Shown: positions 56,614-64,000 of the stretch, one piece after another
How the letters are laid out: every line of letters begins with the position of its first letter
How positions within the stretch are numbered: position 1 is the first letter of the stretch
DNA from: Nitrospiria bacterium
Lineage (GTDB): Bacteria; Nitrospirota; Nitrospiria; JACQCE01
DNA length: 64,000 nucleotides
Assembly (NCBI GenBank): GCA_035517195.1
Contig: DATIZH010000007.1
Span: 41,884 to 105,883, forward strand
Direction: 5' to 3'
Made by a program: the position numbers and the translations under genes
The notes under the pieces: generated by a model
Database searches by the model: none
The model's input: only the letters and a program-made list of their open reading frames with translations
What the model was told of the DNA's origin: nothing

Positions 56614-57557
56614 TGCAGCTGCTGAAGCGGCTGGCCGAAGCCGTCACCAAAAGATCCGTTCGCCGGCTGTTGACGGACGCCTACGCGAATCCAGGCGGAT
56701 CGGGCCACCGGAGAATTCAGCGGGCCGCGCGCGCCTGGTACGGAGTCGACCGTTGCGGACCGATTCGCCGGCTCGCGAGCCGTTGGTTTGTGGATTTTGT
56801 CTTCCAGGTTCAGCAGGAGCAGTCGATTCGCGATCAAGAACACCCGTTCCCCCCGTCGCCGATCGGTTTCGACGGCCTGATGATCGGGTGCCGAGCGGGG
56901 GATGCCAATTCCAGCGTCGTCTACTTGTACGGATTCAGCGACAATCTGACGTCATTTGCCCTGTACCAACGTTATGCCAAATCCGGAACAATTGCTGTCG
57001 ACGTGGGCGCCAACATCGGCATCCATACGCTTGTCCTGTCCCGGTGCGTTGGCCGCACCGGGCGGGTGTACGCCTACGAACCCCTTGAGGCGCTATACCG
57101 GCGGCTGACGACCAATCTCTCCCTGAACAGCGCCGGCAATGTCACGGCCAGACCCTATGGGGCAGGGGAGAAGGCCGGGACAATTGCGTTCGATGACCAC
57201 GCCGGCGATTTCAACATCGGCAAAGGGCGGTTCGATCCCGGCGGCGCCGGGACGATTCAGGTCCGGACGCTCGATGACGAACTCCGCGGCGTGGACGCGC
57301 CGGTCAGCCTGATCAAGATCGATGTCGAAGGGTACGAATTGCCGGTCCTGAAGGGGGCGTGTGACACATTGCAACGGCATCGGCCCGTGCTGCTGATCGA
57401 GTACAATCCCGATGCCTACCGGCTGGCCGAGGTCGAGGCATGCCTGCCGTACCCGGTCAGATTCGCGAAGGTGCCAGAGACCCGCTGGGACGTCCTGACC
57501 CCGGTGCAACCCGATGACATTCGAACGCGGGGAGATGTGTTGATCACGCCGGCATAA
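56613..57557 (+). CDS. FkbM-family methyltransferase
   Basis: AVDVGANIGIHTLVLSR, IKIDVEGYELPVLKGA. TGATG junction with the GT9 stop. Confidence 0.75.
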   Translation: MQLLKRLAEAVTKRSVRRLLTDAYANPGGSGHRRIQRAARAWYGVDRCGPIRRLASRWFVDFVFQVQQEQSIRDQEHPFPPSPIGFDGLMIGCRAGDANSSVVYLYGFSDNLTSFALYQRYAKSGTIAVDVGANIGIHTLVLSRCVGRTGRVYAYEPLEALYRRLTTNLSLNSAGNVTARPYGAGEKAGTIAFDDHAGDFNIGKGRFDPGGAGTIQVRTLDDELRGVDAPVSLIKIDVEGYELPVLKGACDTLQRHRPVLLIEYNPDAYRLAEVEACLPYPVRFAKVPETRWDVLTPVQPDDIRTRGDVLITPA

Positions 57558-57638
57558 GGCGGCTTGCCGGAGGTCAGTTGCGACGCTGCGGTCGATTTCA
57601 TTATACTGGTCGGGCGATTATTCCGGGGAGTGTCATCC

Positions 57639-58502
57639 ATGGCCGCCATCCGTTCCGTCCACCAGCTCTTTCGAAGCCGGCCGACCATGGAAGGGGCCGG
57701 GGTCAAGCTCAAGCGCGCATTTGGATCACCCCAGCTCCCGTTATTCGACCCCTTCCTGCTGCTCGATGATTTTCATTCGGATCAGCCCGATGATTATCTG
57801 TCCGGCTTCCCCATGCATCCGCATCGTGGCATCGAAACGATCACCTATCTGCTGCAGGGGAGGGTGCTGCACAAAGACAGCATGGGCCACAGCGGCGTCA
57901 TCGAAGCGGGCGACGTGCAGTGGATGACGGCCGGCGGCGGCATCATTCATGAGGAAATGCCGCAGGTCTCCACGCCGGAGCTTTGGGGATTCCAGCTCTG
58001 GGCCAATCTGCCCGCCTCGCACAAAATGATGGCGCCCCGCTACCGGGAGATCCGGCGCGAGCAGATCCCGGTGGTGACGCCTGCGGAGGGCGTGACGATC
58101 CGGATCGTGTGCGGCCGGGTCGACGGCGTTGAAGGGCCGGTGCGGGAAATCATCATCGATCCTGAATTTCTCGACGTCTCGCTGGCGCCGGACCACCGGT
58201 ATGACCACCCCGTCAAGGCGGGCCACCGCGTGTTTGCCTATCTGCTGGAAGGCGAGGCGCGGTTCGGGGAATCGGACGGCGACGCGATCGGCATCGAGAC
58301 GGTGGTATTGTTCGGCGATGGCGACACGGTGAGGATCGCCGCACGCACACGCGCGGCCAGGCTGTTGCTCATCTCCGGCACACCGATCGGGGAGCCGATC
58401 GCCTGGGGCGGCCCGATCGTCATGAACACGAGAGAGGAGCTGGCCCGCGCGTTCGAGGAGTACCGGGACGGGACCTTTCTTTCGCGCGTCAAACCTGAAT
58501 GA
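57639..58502 (+). CDS. Pirin family protein
   Basis: GFPMHPHRGIETITYLLQGRVLHKDSMGH, WMTAGGGIIHEEMP. GGGGAG lies 8 nt before ATG 57639. ORF-track start is 57564. Confidence 0.85.
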   Translation: MAAIRSVHQLFRSRPTMEGAGVKLKRAFGSPQLPLFDPFLLLDDFHSDQPDDYLSGFPMHPHRGIETITYLLQGRVLHKDSMGHSGVIEAGDVQWMTAGGGIIHEEMPQVSTPELWGFQLWANLPASHKMMAPRYREIRREQIPVVTPAEGVTIRIVCGRVDGVEGPVREIIIDPEFLDVSLAPDHRYDHPVKAGHRVFAYLLEGEARFGESDGDAIGIETVVLFGDGDTVRIAARTRAARLLLISGTPIGEPIAWGGPIVMNTREELARAFEEYRDGTFLSRVKPE

Positions 58503-58503
58503 G

Positions 58504-59481
58504 CTACAGATTGACCCCCCAGAGGGCGCGGACCGCCGAGCCGATCGCGTAACTGACGCCGACCGCCGCGGCGATGATGGCCAGATTCATCGCCATGCGC
58601 TTCCGGATGTCCATGCCTGAGAGAAACGCCAGCACCATCGAGACGAGCAGGATGGTGAGGCCGCCGGCCAGGATCGACGCAAGCGCGGTTGTCGCGCCCA
58701 TGAGCACGGGCAGGATGGGCAGCACGGCGCCGGCAAAATAACTGGCGCCCACGACGGCGGCCGTGCCGAGCGCCGGTTCGCCGGACGCATCGCCTCCCGC
58801 CCGTTCGTCAAGAAACCGCCGCTTGGATGTTTGCGTGCGCCGCACTTCCTGTTCCGAATTGACGGCGATGTAGGCCCCGGCCGCCATGGAGAGGGCGCCG
58901 GCCACGGCGGTCGTGACGCCGGCCAACACCACCATGACACTGGAGCCGAACGCGGCGAAAAAACCGCTCACCGCGCCCAGGATCTCCACCAGACCGTCAT
59001 TGAACCCGAGAAAGATGTTGCGGATACGATCCGGATTAATTTTCCTCGCCGTCAGCCGGGTGACCGCCTCATCCTCGTGCTGAAACTCATCCTCCAGGAT
59101 TCCGCGCACCGCGCCCCCCAGCGGATCGTGCCGGTAGCGTTCCCACAGCGCCAGATATTTTCTCACGCCGTAGACCTCGATTGCCTCCAGGACCAGCTGC
59201 ATGCCCAGATCGCCGGTGAGCCGGCAGGCCAGTTCGATCAACCACAGTTTCACGCGGCGGCCGGGATCGAGCGCGTCAAGAGGAAGCTGAAAAAACGCCT
59301 GCCAGAAGGCCAGGTGGCGGCTCTCAATGACGATCAACTCATCCAGCGTGGGATGCAGCTCTGGTTGCGCGAACGTGCGCAAGCGCCTGTAGAGCGACAG
59401 GTCAAACAGTTCGTCGAGCACAAGCTGACGGCCAAGGGATCCCGCCGATGAGGTTTCGGGTTGCATAGAAGCTGAAAACAT
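58504..59481 (-). CDS. VIT1/CCC1-family iron/manganese transporter with N-terminal ferritin-like domain
   Basis: FLGFNDGLVEILGAVSGF plus C-terminal TM helices. N-terminal ExxH-containing four-helix-type region. Confidence 0.7.
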   Translation of the reverse strand: MFSASMQPETSSAGSLGRQLVLDELFDLSLYRRLRTFAQPELHPTLDELIVIESRHLAFWQAFFQLPLDALDPGRRVKLWLIELACRLTGDLGMQLVLEAIEVYGVRKYLALWERYRHDPLGGAVRGILEDEFQHEDEAVTRLTARKINPDRIRNIFLGFNDGLVEILGAVSGFFAAFGSSVMVVLAGVTTAVAGALSMAAGAYIAVNSEQEVRRTQTSKRRFLDERAGGDASGEPALGTAAVVGASYFAGAVLPILPVLMGATTALASILAGGLTILLVSMVLAFLSGMDIRKRMAMNLAIIAAAVGVSYAIGSAVRALWGVNL

Positions 59482-59617
59482 GATAAGCCTTGTGCGGAGC
59501 CAGGGTCAAATGAGGGGGCCTCACGGCCCGCGGCGATACACCCGGCGCGACACGGCGACGTGAGCGACGGGCGCGGGCGGATGACCAGACTGCCGGAACC
59601 GGCTGGGAGACAACGCG

Positions 59618-60040
59618 ATGACGACACGTCCGACGATGGTGACCTTTTCCAACGGCGTCAGGCTGATCAAGTGGAGCCGGAAGGAAGAGCCGACGGCCGA
59701 GTTGGTGGCCTCGGAGATGAAACGGTTTGGTTACTCCGTCTACGATCTGCAGACGATCGGCCCCTGGTTCGAGCGCAGCCGCCACGCGCATGACCATGAG
59801 GAAATCCGTGGCGCCGTCTCGGGCGTGACCACGTTCCACTTTGACGACTGTCCGATCACGATCGAGGGAGGGGATATTCTCTTCATCCCCGGCGGTCTGC
59901 CGCATGAGGTGATCAGCCACAACGGCCGGCCGTTCTCAGCGTACAAGGGATCATTGAGCGGGGAGCGAAAGGTCACGGAGTACGGGGATGCCAAGGGGAG
60001 CGTCGAAACACTGGCCAAAGAGCGGGCACGCGCCTCGTGA
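59618..60040 (+). CDS. Cupin domain protein
   Basis: HAHDHEEIRGAVSGVTTFHFDDCPITIEGGDILFIPGGLPHEV. Confidence 0.65.
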   Translation: MTTRPTMVTFSNGVRLIKWSRKEEPTAELVASEMKRFGYSVYDLQTIGPWFERSRHAHDHEEIRGAVSGVTTFHFDDCPITIEGGDILFIPGGLPHEVISHNGRPFSAYKGSLSGERKVTEYGDAKGSVETLAKERARAS

Positions 60041-60717
60041 CGTTGATCGGCCTCGATCTTGACGGCACCCTGGAGGACAGCCGCCGCGACATGGTGGCGG
60101 CCGCCCGGCGCGTCCGCATCCATCTGAAGCTGCCCCCCAGGCCAGACGACGCCCTGCTGCCGTGGGTCAACAAGGGGATGGACCAGCTCTACCGGGCCTG
60201 TTTCGACGATTTCATCGGGGGGGACGACTCGCGGCTGGCGGAGGTCCGCCGCCTGTATGAGACCGATTATTACAACCACGTCGCCGTGGAGACACGGCTC
60301 TACCCCGGCATCGCCCCGGCGGTCGAACAACTCTCAACCATGGGCGCGCTGGCCTGCGTGACGAACAAGCCGGAACAGATCTCCTGGCGGCTGCTTGAGG
60401 TGCTGGGGGTGAGCAAGCACTTCATGACCGTCATCGGAGGGGACACCTGTCCGCAAGGGAAGCCCGACCCCATTGTCCTGGAGGCGGCCGCCCGGCGCTG
60501 CGGATTTGATAAAAAGCCAGCGCGGACCATCATGATCGGCGACGCGACGGCCGACCTGAAAATGGGCCGAGCGTTCGGCGCGGCCACCATCTGGTGCGCC
60601 TGGGGGTACGCTGAGCACCCCGGAGAGGTCCGTCCCGATTGGACGGCCCACTCGCCGGAACAATTGCCGGATTTGGTGCGGGAGGCCTTGACCGAACGTG
60701 CCGGAGATCTCGACTGA
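60037..60717 (+). CDS. HAD-superfamily hydrolase (phosphoglycolate phosphatase-like)
   Basis: IGLDLDGTLEDS (DxDGT), VTNKP, GDTCPQGKPDP, MIGDATADL. Confidence 0.7.
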   Translation: MTLIGLDLDGTLEDSRRDMVAAARRVRIHLKLPPRPDDALLPWVNKGMDQLYRACFDDFIGGDDSRLAEVRRLYETDYYNHVAVETRLYPGIAPAVEQLSTMGALACVTNKPEQISWRLLEVLGVSKHFMTVIGGDTCPQGKPDPIVLEAAARRCGFDKKPARTIMIGDATADLKMGRAFGAATIWCAWGYAEHPGEVRPDWTAHSPEQLPDLVREALTERAGDLD

Positions 60718-60755
60718 AGGGCCGGTGACATGACGCGGGCGAACGTGGTCGGCGG

Positions 60756-61310
60756 ATGACGGAATTGGCGACGCTCGGAGGAGGCTGCTTCTGGTGCCTG
60801 GAGGCGGTCTTCCACAGTCTCAAGGGCGTGTTGAAGGTCGAGTCCGGGTATGCCGGAGGATCGACGCCCAATCCCACCTACGAGCAGGTGTGCTCCGGCC
60901 GGACCGGTCACGCCGAGGTGGTGCAGGTGACGTTCGATCCGGCCGCCATCAGTTACCGGGAGTTGCTTGAGGTTTTCTTCGCCATTCACGATCCCACCAC
61001 GCTCAACCGTCAGGGTCCAGACTCGGGCACGCAATACCGATCGGTCATCCTGTTCCATTCACCGGAGCAGAAGGAGGTCGCCGAAGGGGTGATCAAGGAC
61101 ATCGAAGCGGCCCGCATCTGGGACGGAACGATCGTCACCCAACTGGTCCCCTTGCAGATCTTCTACCGGGCCGAGGCCTCTCATCAGAACTATTTTCGCA
61201 ATAACCCCCTGCAACCCTACTGTCTGGCCGTCATCGCGCCCAAGGTCGCCAAATTTCGCCAGCATCGACTGGCCGCGCTCCTCAGGCAGCCTCCGGCCTC
61301 GGCCATATGA
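60756..61310 (+). CDS. msrA: Peptide-methionine (S)-S-oxide reductase
   Basis: LGGGCFWCLEAVF, GYAGG, GHAEVVQVTFDP, NRQGPDSGTQYRS. Confidence 0.9.
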   Translation: MTELATLGGGCFWCLEAVFHSLKGVLKVESGYAGGSTPNPTYEQVCSGRTGHAEVVQVTFDPAAISYRELLEVFFAIHDPTTLNRQGPDSGTQYRSVILFHSPEQKEVAEGVIKDIEAARIWDGTIVTQLVPLQIFYRAEASHQNYFRNNPLQPYCLAVIAPKVAKFRQHRLAALLRQPPASAI

Positions 61311-62266
61311 AGCCGAGAATTTATTCGACCCGAGAGCTGCCGCCGGAGGTGATCAGCGAGTTGAAGCGGCGGTTCCGGCTGGATTGGAACCGTCGAGACC
61401 GTCCGGTGACCAGGCGCGAGCTGCTCCAGGCCGTCGACGGTGCCGAAGGGCTGATCACCATGCTCAACGATTCGATCGATGCGGCTGTCATGGCCGCGGC
61501 GCCGAAGCTGCGGATCATCGCCAATTACGCCGTCGGCTACAACAATATCGATGTCGTCGCGGCGAGCCGTCGGGGGATCGACGTCACGAATACGCCGGGC
61601 GTGCTCACCGAAGCGACGGCGGACCTGACATGGGCGCTGATTCTGGCGACGGCCAGGCGCCTGCATGAGGGAGAAGCGCTGGTTCGATCAGGTCGCTGGA
61701 CGGGATGGGCGCCGACCCAGCTGGTGGGCGGGGAGATCTATGGGAAGACCATCGGCATCATCGGGATGGGTCGGATCGGACAGGCGGTTGCCAGACGGGC
61801 GCAGGGGTTTGCCATGGACATCATCTATCACAGCCGCAACCGTCTGCCCCTGATCAAAGAGGTCGTGCTGGGCGCCCGATACCAGTCGCTGAAAACGCTG
61901 CTTCATGAAGCCGACGTGGTCACGCTGCATCTGCCCCTGACCAATGAATCCCGCCATGTCATCGGCCAGGAGGCGCTGCAATGGATGAAGCCGACGGCCT
62001 ATTTGATCAACACGGCGCGGGGACCGGTGGTGGATGAGAAGGCTCTGCTGAAGGCCCTCGCGCGAAAACAAATCGCCGGGGCGGGGTTCGATGTGTACGA
62101 AGAGGAGCCGCGCGTGCCGGCGGCATTGCGGCGGTTGAACAATGTCGTCCTCCTGCCGCATCTGGGTTCGGCCGCGCGAGAGACACGCGTGCAGATGGGC
62201 ATGATGGTGATCGACAACCTCGCCGCCAGATTTGCAGGTCATGAACCGCCCAACAAGGTGAATTAA
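61307..62266 (+). CDS. D-2-hydroxyacid dehydrogenase / glyoxylate-hydroxypyruvate reductase
   Basis: GIIGMGRIGQAVARRA NAD motif, INTARGPVVDE, LLPHLGSA. ATGA overlap with msrA. Confidence 0.8.
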   Translation: MKPRIYSTRELPPEVISELKRRFRLDWNRRDRPVTRRELLQAVDGAEGLITMLNDSIDAAVMAAAPKLRIIANYAVGYNNIDVVAASRRGIDVTNTPGVLTEATADLTWALILATARRLHEGEALVRSGRWTGWAPTQLVGGEIYGKTIGIIGMGRIGQAVARRAQGFAMDIIYHSRNRLPLIKEVVLGARYQSLKTLLHEADVVTLHLPLTNESRHVIGQEALQWMKPTAYLINTARGPVVDEKALLKALARKQIAGAGFDVYEEEPRVPAALRRLNNVVLLPHLGSAARETRVQMGMMVIDNLAARFAGHEPPNKVN

Positions 62267-62300
62267 CCGCACGTCGTGAGGGTCGGCGGGAGGTGAAGGA

Positions 62301-62585
62301 GTGGCCTCCGCCGTTCCTGAGCTGATGCGACTGTCGATCAAGGTCGTGCCCAGATCTTCACGGAACGCCGTCGTCGGGTGGGTGGGCACGGCGCTGAAGA
62401 TCTGCGTGACCGCGGCGCCGGAGAAGGGGAAGGCGAACGAGGCGGTCGAGGGCGTTCTCGCTGAGACGTTGGGGCTTCCGAGGGACCGCGTCGGCGTCGT
62501 GGCCGGTCACGCTGCTTCTCGGAAGACGGTTGAGATCCACGGGATGGAAGAGCGCGAGGTGCGAAAACGGCTGCCGCCTCGCTGA
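62301..62585 (+). CDS. DUF167 (YggU) family protein
   Basis: LSIKVVPRSSRNAVVGW...LKICVTAAPEKGKANEAVEGVLAETLGLPRDRV. Confidence 0.7.
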   Translation: MASAVPELMRLSIKVVPRSSRNAVVGWVGTALKICVTAAPEKGKANEAVEGVLAETLGLPRDRVGVVAGHAASRKTVEIHGMEEREVRKRLPPR

Positions 62586-62611
62586 CGGTACCCCTGCGCC
62601 GCGAGGGCGAT

Positions 62612-62630
62612 GACGGGCGGCAGTCCCGTC
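62612..62630. terminator. Weak hairpin between convergent genes
   Basis: GACGGG-CGGCAGT-CCCGTC directly after the hydrolase stop (minus strand) and 27 nt after the DUF167 stop. Only TT follows on the plus strand. Confidence 0.25.
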
Positions 62631-63458
62631 TTACGGCAGAAGGCGCAGCCTCCGGAGGAACGCCTCAATTTCGGAGAAGAGCGTTTCTTTCCGGTCGGTC
62701 AGCCGGTGATCGCCGCCGGCGATGAGGACCAACTCCAGCGGCCGCGCCTTCGTCAACTTCGTAAAGACGACGCTGTCTTCGAACGGCACCGAGTCATCCT
62801 CGGTTCCGTGCAGAAGCAGGGAAGGCGTGCGGTAGAGCGCCAACAAGCGGTCCATGGGGTACTGACCGGCGTCATCAAACAACGCGGGGCCGATCGTCAC
62901 CTCCACCCATTGATTTTTGTAGACGATCTGCCCACTCTGCCTGAGGCGCTCGAGGCCCTTCGGTCCCAATTCCTCCATGCGCCGTTCGATGAATCGAAAA
63001 CCCGGAGCGATCAGCACGGCCGCGGCGATCACGTCGGGATGGCGCGCCGCGTACCAGGCCGCCGTCTGTCCCCCCATCGACGAGCCGACCAGAACGTGCC
63101 GGGCGTATCCGCCCACGTGCTGCTGAAGCACGGCGTCCAGATCCTCAAGATTCCGCGACACGGTCAGCTCCCTGATCGTGCCCGATGACCGGCCGTGGCC
63201 GCGATGATCGAAGGCCAGAAACGCGCAGCCGGCCGCGGTGAAACGGTCGCGAAGATAAAGAACCTTCTCCCCTGACTGGTCCGACGCGAAGCCGTGCACA
63301 TATGTCACCAGCGTCGTCGCCGGTCGTCCGGCGGCCGGCGGTGTCAGGGTGTAGTCGAGATGATCGGAGGGGCGCCCCGGGACTCGCAACTGGGCCATCA
63401 GCTGCATGATAGGGAGCGCGGTCAGCCGTGTCAATTGTAGGGGCTCGCGTCGCCCCAT
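62631..63458 (-). CDS. Alpha/beta hydrolase
   Basis: VHGFASDQSG, nucleophile elbow VLVGSSMGG, C-terminal GGDHRL. An internal Met could be the true start. Confidence 0.7.
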   Translation of the reverse strand: MGRREPLQLTRLTALPIMQLMAQLRVPGRPSDHLDYTLTPPAAGRPATTLVTYVHGFASDQSGEKVLYLRDRFTAAGCAFLAFDHRGHGRSSGTIRELTVSRNLEDLDAVLQQHVGGYARHVLVGSSMGGQTAAWYAARHPDVIAAAVLIAPGFRFIERRMEELGPKGLERLRQSGQIVYKNQWVEVTIGPALFDDAGQYPMDRLLALYRTPSLLLHGTEDDSVPFEDSVVFTKLTKARPLELVLIAGGDHRLTDRKETLFSEIEAFLRRLRLLP

Positions 63459-63465
63459 CCCGAAC

Positions 63466-63490
63466 GGGGACAGATTTCAAATCTGTCCCC
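63466..63490. repeat. Perfect 10-bp inverted repeat with 5-nt loop
   Basis: GGGGACAGAT-TTCAA-ATCTGTCCCC in the divergent hydrolase/MEKHLA intergenic region. Confidence 0.6.
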
Positions 63491-63643
63491 CTGCTGGGAG
63501 CCCCCTCGGCTCAAGCCCTCGGGACAAGCCCTCCCCCTCACGTTCGCGTTGCTCGCTGTAGATATCCCCCTGCAAGCCGGCGGGCATTTGATGCGCATAC
63601 GATTGACAGTGTTGTGCGGAGCTGCTACGGTACGCCTTCGTTC

Positions 63644-64000
63644 ATGAACGCGCCGATCTTCTCGGACCCGCTTGTCGTCAGGCACTCCCAACGGCTGATC
63701 GCAAGCTATCGCCACTGGACGGGCCGTCCGCTGATTCCCGATGACGCTTCCACGGCCATCCAGGCCCGCATGCTGTTCCACCATCCCTCTCCCGTCCTGT
63801 CTCATAACGCCCAGGCCGATCCCATCCTCAATTACGGCAATGCGGCCGCGCTCCACCTCTGGGACATGACGTGGGACGAATTCACCAAGACGCCCTCGCG
63901 GCTCACCGCCGAGCCGGTTGCGCGCGAGGAGCGGGCCCGGCTGCTTGCCGAGGCGGCGAAGCGCGGCTATCTCGACCAGTATCGGGGGATTCGAATTTCG
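63644..64000 (+). CDS. MEKHLA domain protein, 3' end outside the window
   Basis: Hand translation MNAPIFSDPLVVRHSQRLIASYRHWTGRPLI...SHNAQADPILNYGNAAALHLWDMTWDEFTKTPSRLTAEP..EERARLL. Open to the window end, so absent from the ORF track. Confidence 0.6.
   Translation, partial: MNAPIFSDPLVVRHSQRLIASYRHWTGRPLIPDDASTAIQARMLFHHPSPVLSHNAQADPILNYGNAAALHLWDMTWDEFTKTPSRLTAEPVAREERARLLAEAAKRGYLDQYRGIRIS

Noticed and set aside
60300-61058. 252-aa antisense ORF spanning the HAD and msrA genes
   Set aside because: It crosses an intergenic boundary of two well-supported sense genes and has no motif.
63431-63856. 141-aa minus-strand ORF
   Set aside because: The plus strand here encodes a MEKHLA-domain protein with recognisable motifs that runs off the window. 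The minus-strand ORF is antisense noise.
1-64000. CRISPR arrays, IS elements, integrases, prophage genes or a tRNA-linked genomic island
   Set aside because: No regularly spaced direct repeats, transposase or integrase motifs, or terminal inverted repeats were seen. Genes flanking tRNA-Gly are ordinary chromosomal genes. The scan was by eye only, so short degenerate elements could have been missed.

Overview
GC-rich (roughly 60% by eye), almost fully coding chromosomal segment from a Gram-negative bacterium (LptF/LptG and Wza/Wzc are present), dominated by envelope-glycan genes. No IS element, integrase, phage gene, rRNA or CRISPR array was seen. Left arm (1-16.5 kb): LPS-core-type kinases, GT9/GT4 glycosyltransferases, methyltransferases, dTDP-sugar genes (rmlA-like, rmlC-like, rfbB), a TviB/TviC-like UDP-uronic-acid pair, a DUF3108-like protein and lptFG. 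Middle (16.7-27.4 kb): a large TPR protein with an ExeA-like ATPase, tRNA-Gly(CCC), a histidine phosphatase, a YkgJ-type Cys-cluster protein, a MinD/ParA-like ATPase with a J-like/HTH protein, bioA, and a second ExeA-like ATPase coupled to an HD-GYP protein. The most unusual part is 27.4-36.1 kb. It holds a PF14907-type nucleotidyltransferase, a SipW-type S26 peptidase, a PqqD-family protein, an HPr-kinase-like protein and a radical SAM/SPASM enzyme. It also holds a 54-codon ORF absent from the ORF track that looks like a RiPP precursor. A 1,194-aa secreted beta-propeller protein is inserted in this cluster, and its leader RNA carries what looks like a c-di-GMP-I (GEMM-I) riboswitch core. I cannot match this gene combination to a described RiPP class. 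Right arm (36.1-57.6 kb): a tightly coupled Wza-Wzc-Wzy-like-Wzx EPS locus with many glycosyltransferases (GT2, GT4, GT9, CgeB-like), several methyltransferases, a PHP-domain protein and AsnB. It ends with housekeeping genes: pirin, VIT1, cupin, HAD phosphatase, msrA, 2-hydroxyacid dehydrogenase, DUF167, an alpha/beta hydrolase and a partial MEKHLA gene. All functional calls rest on motif recognition by eye. No database search was run.
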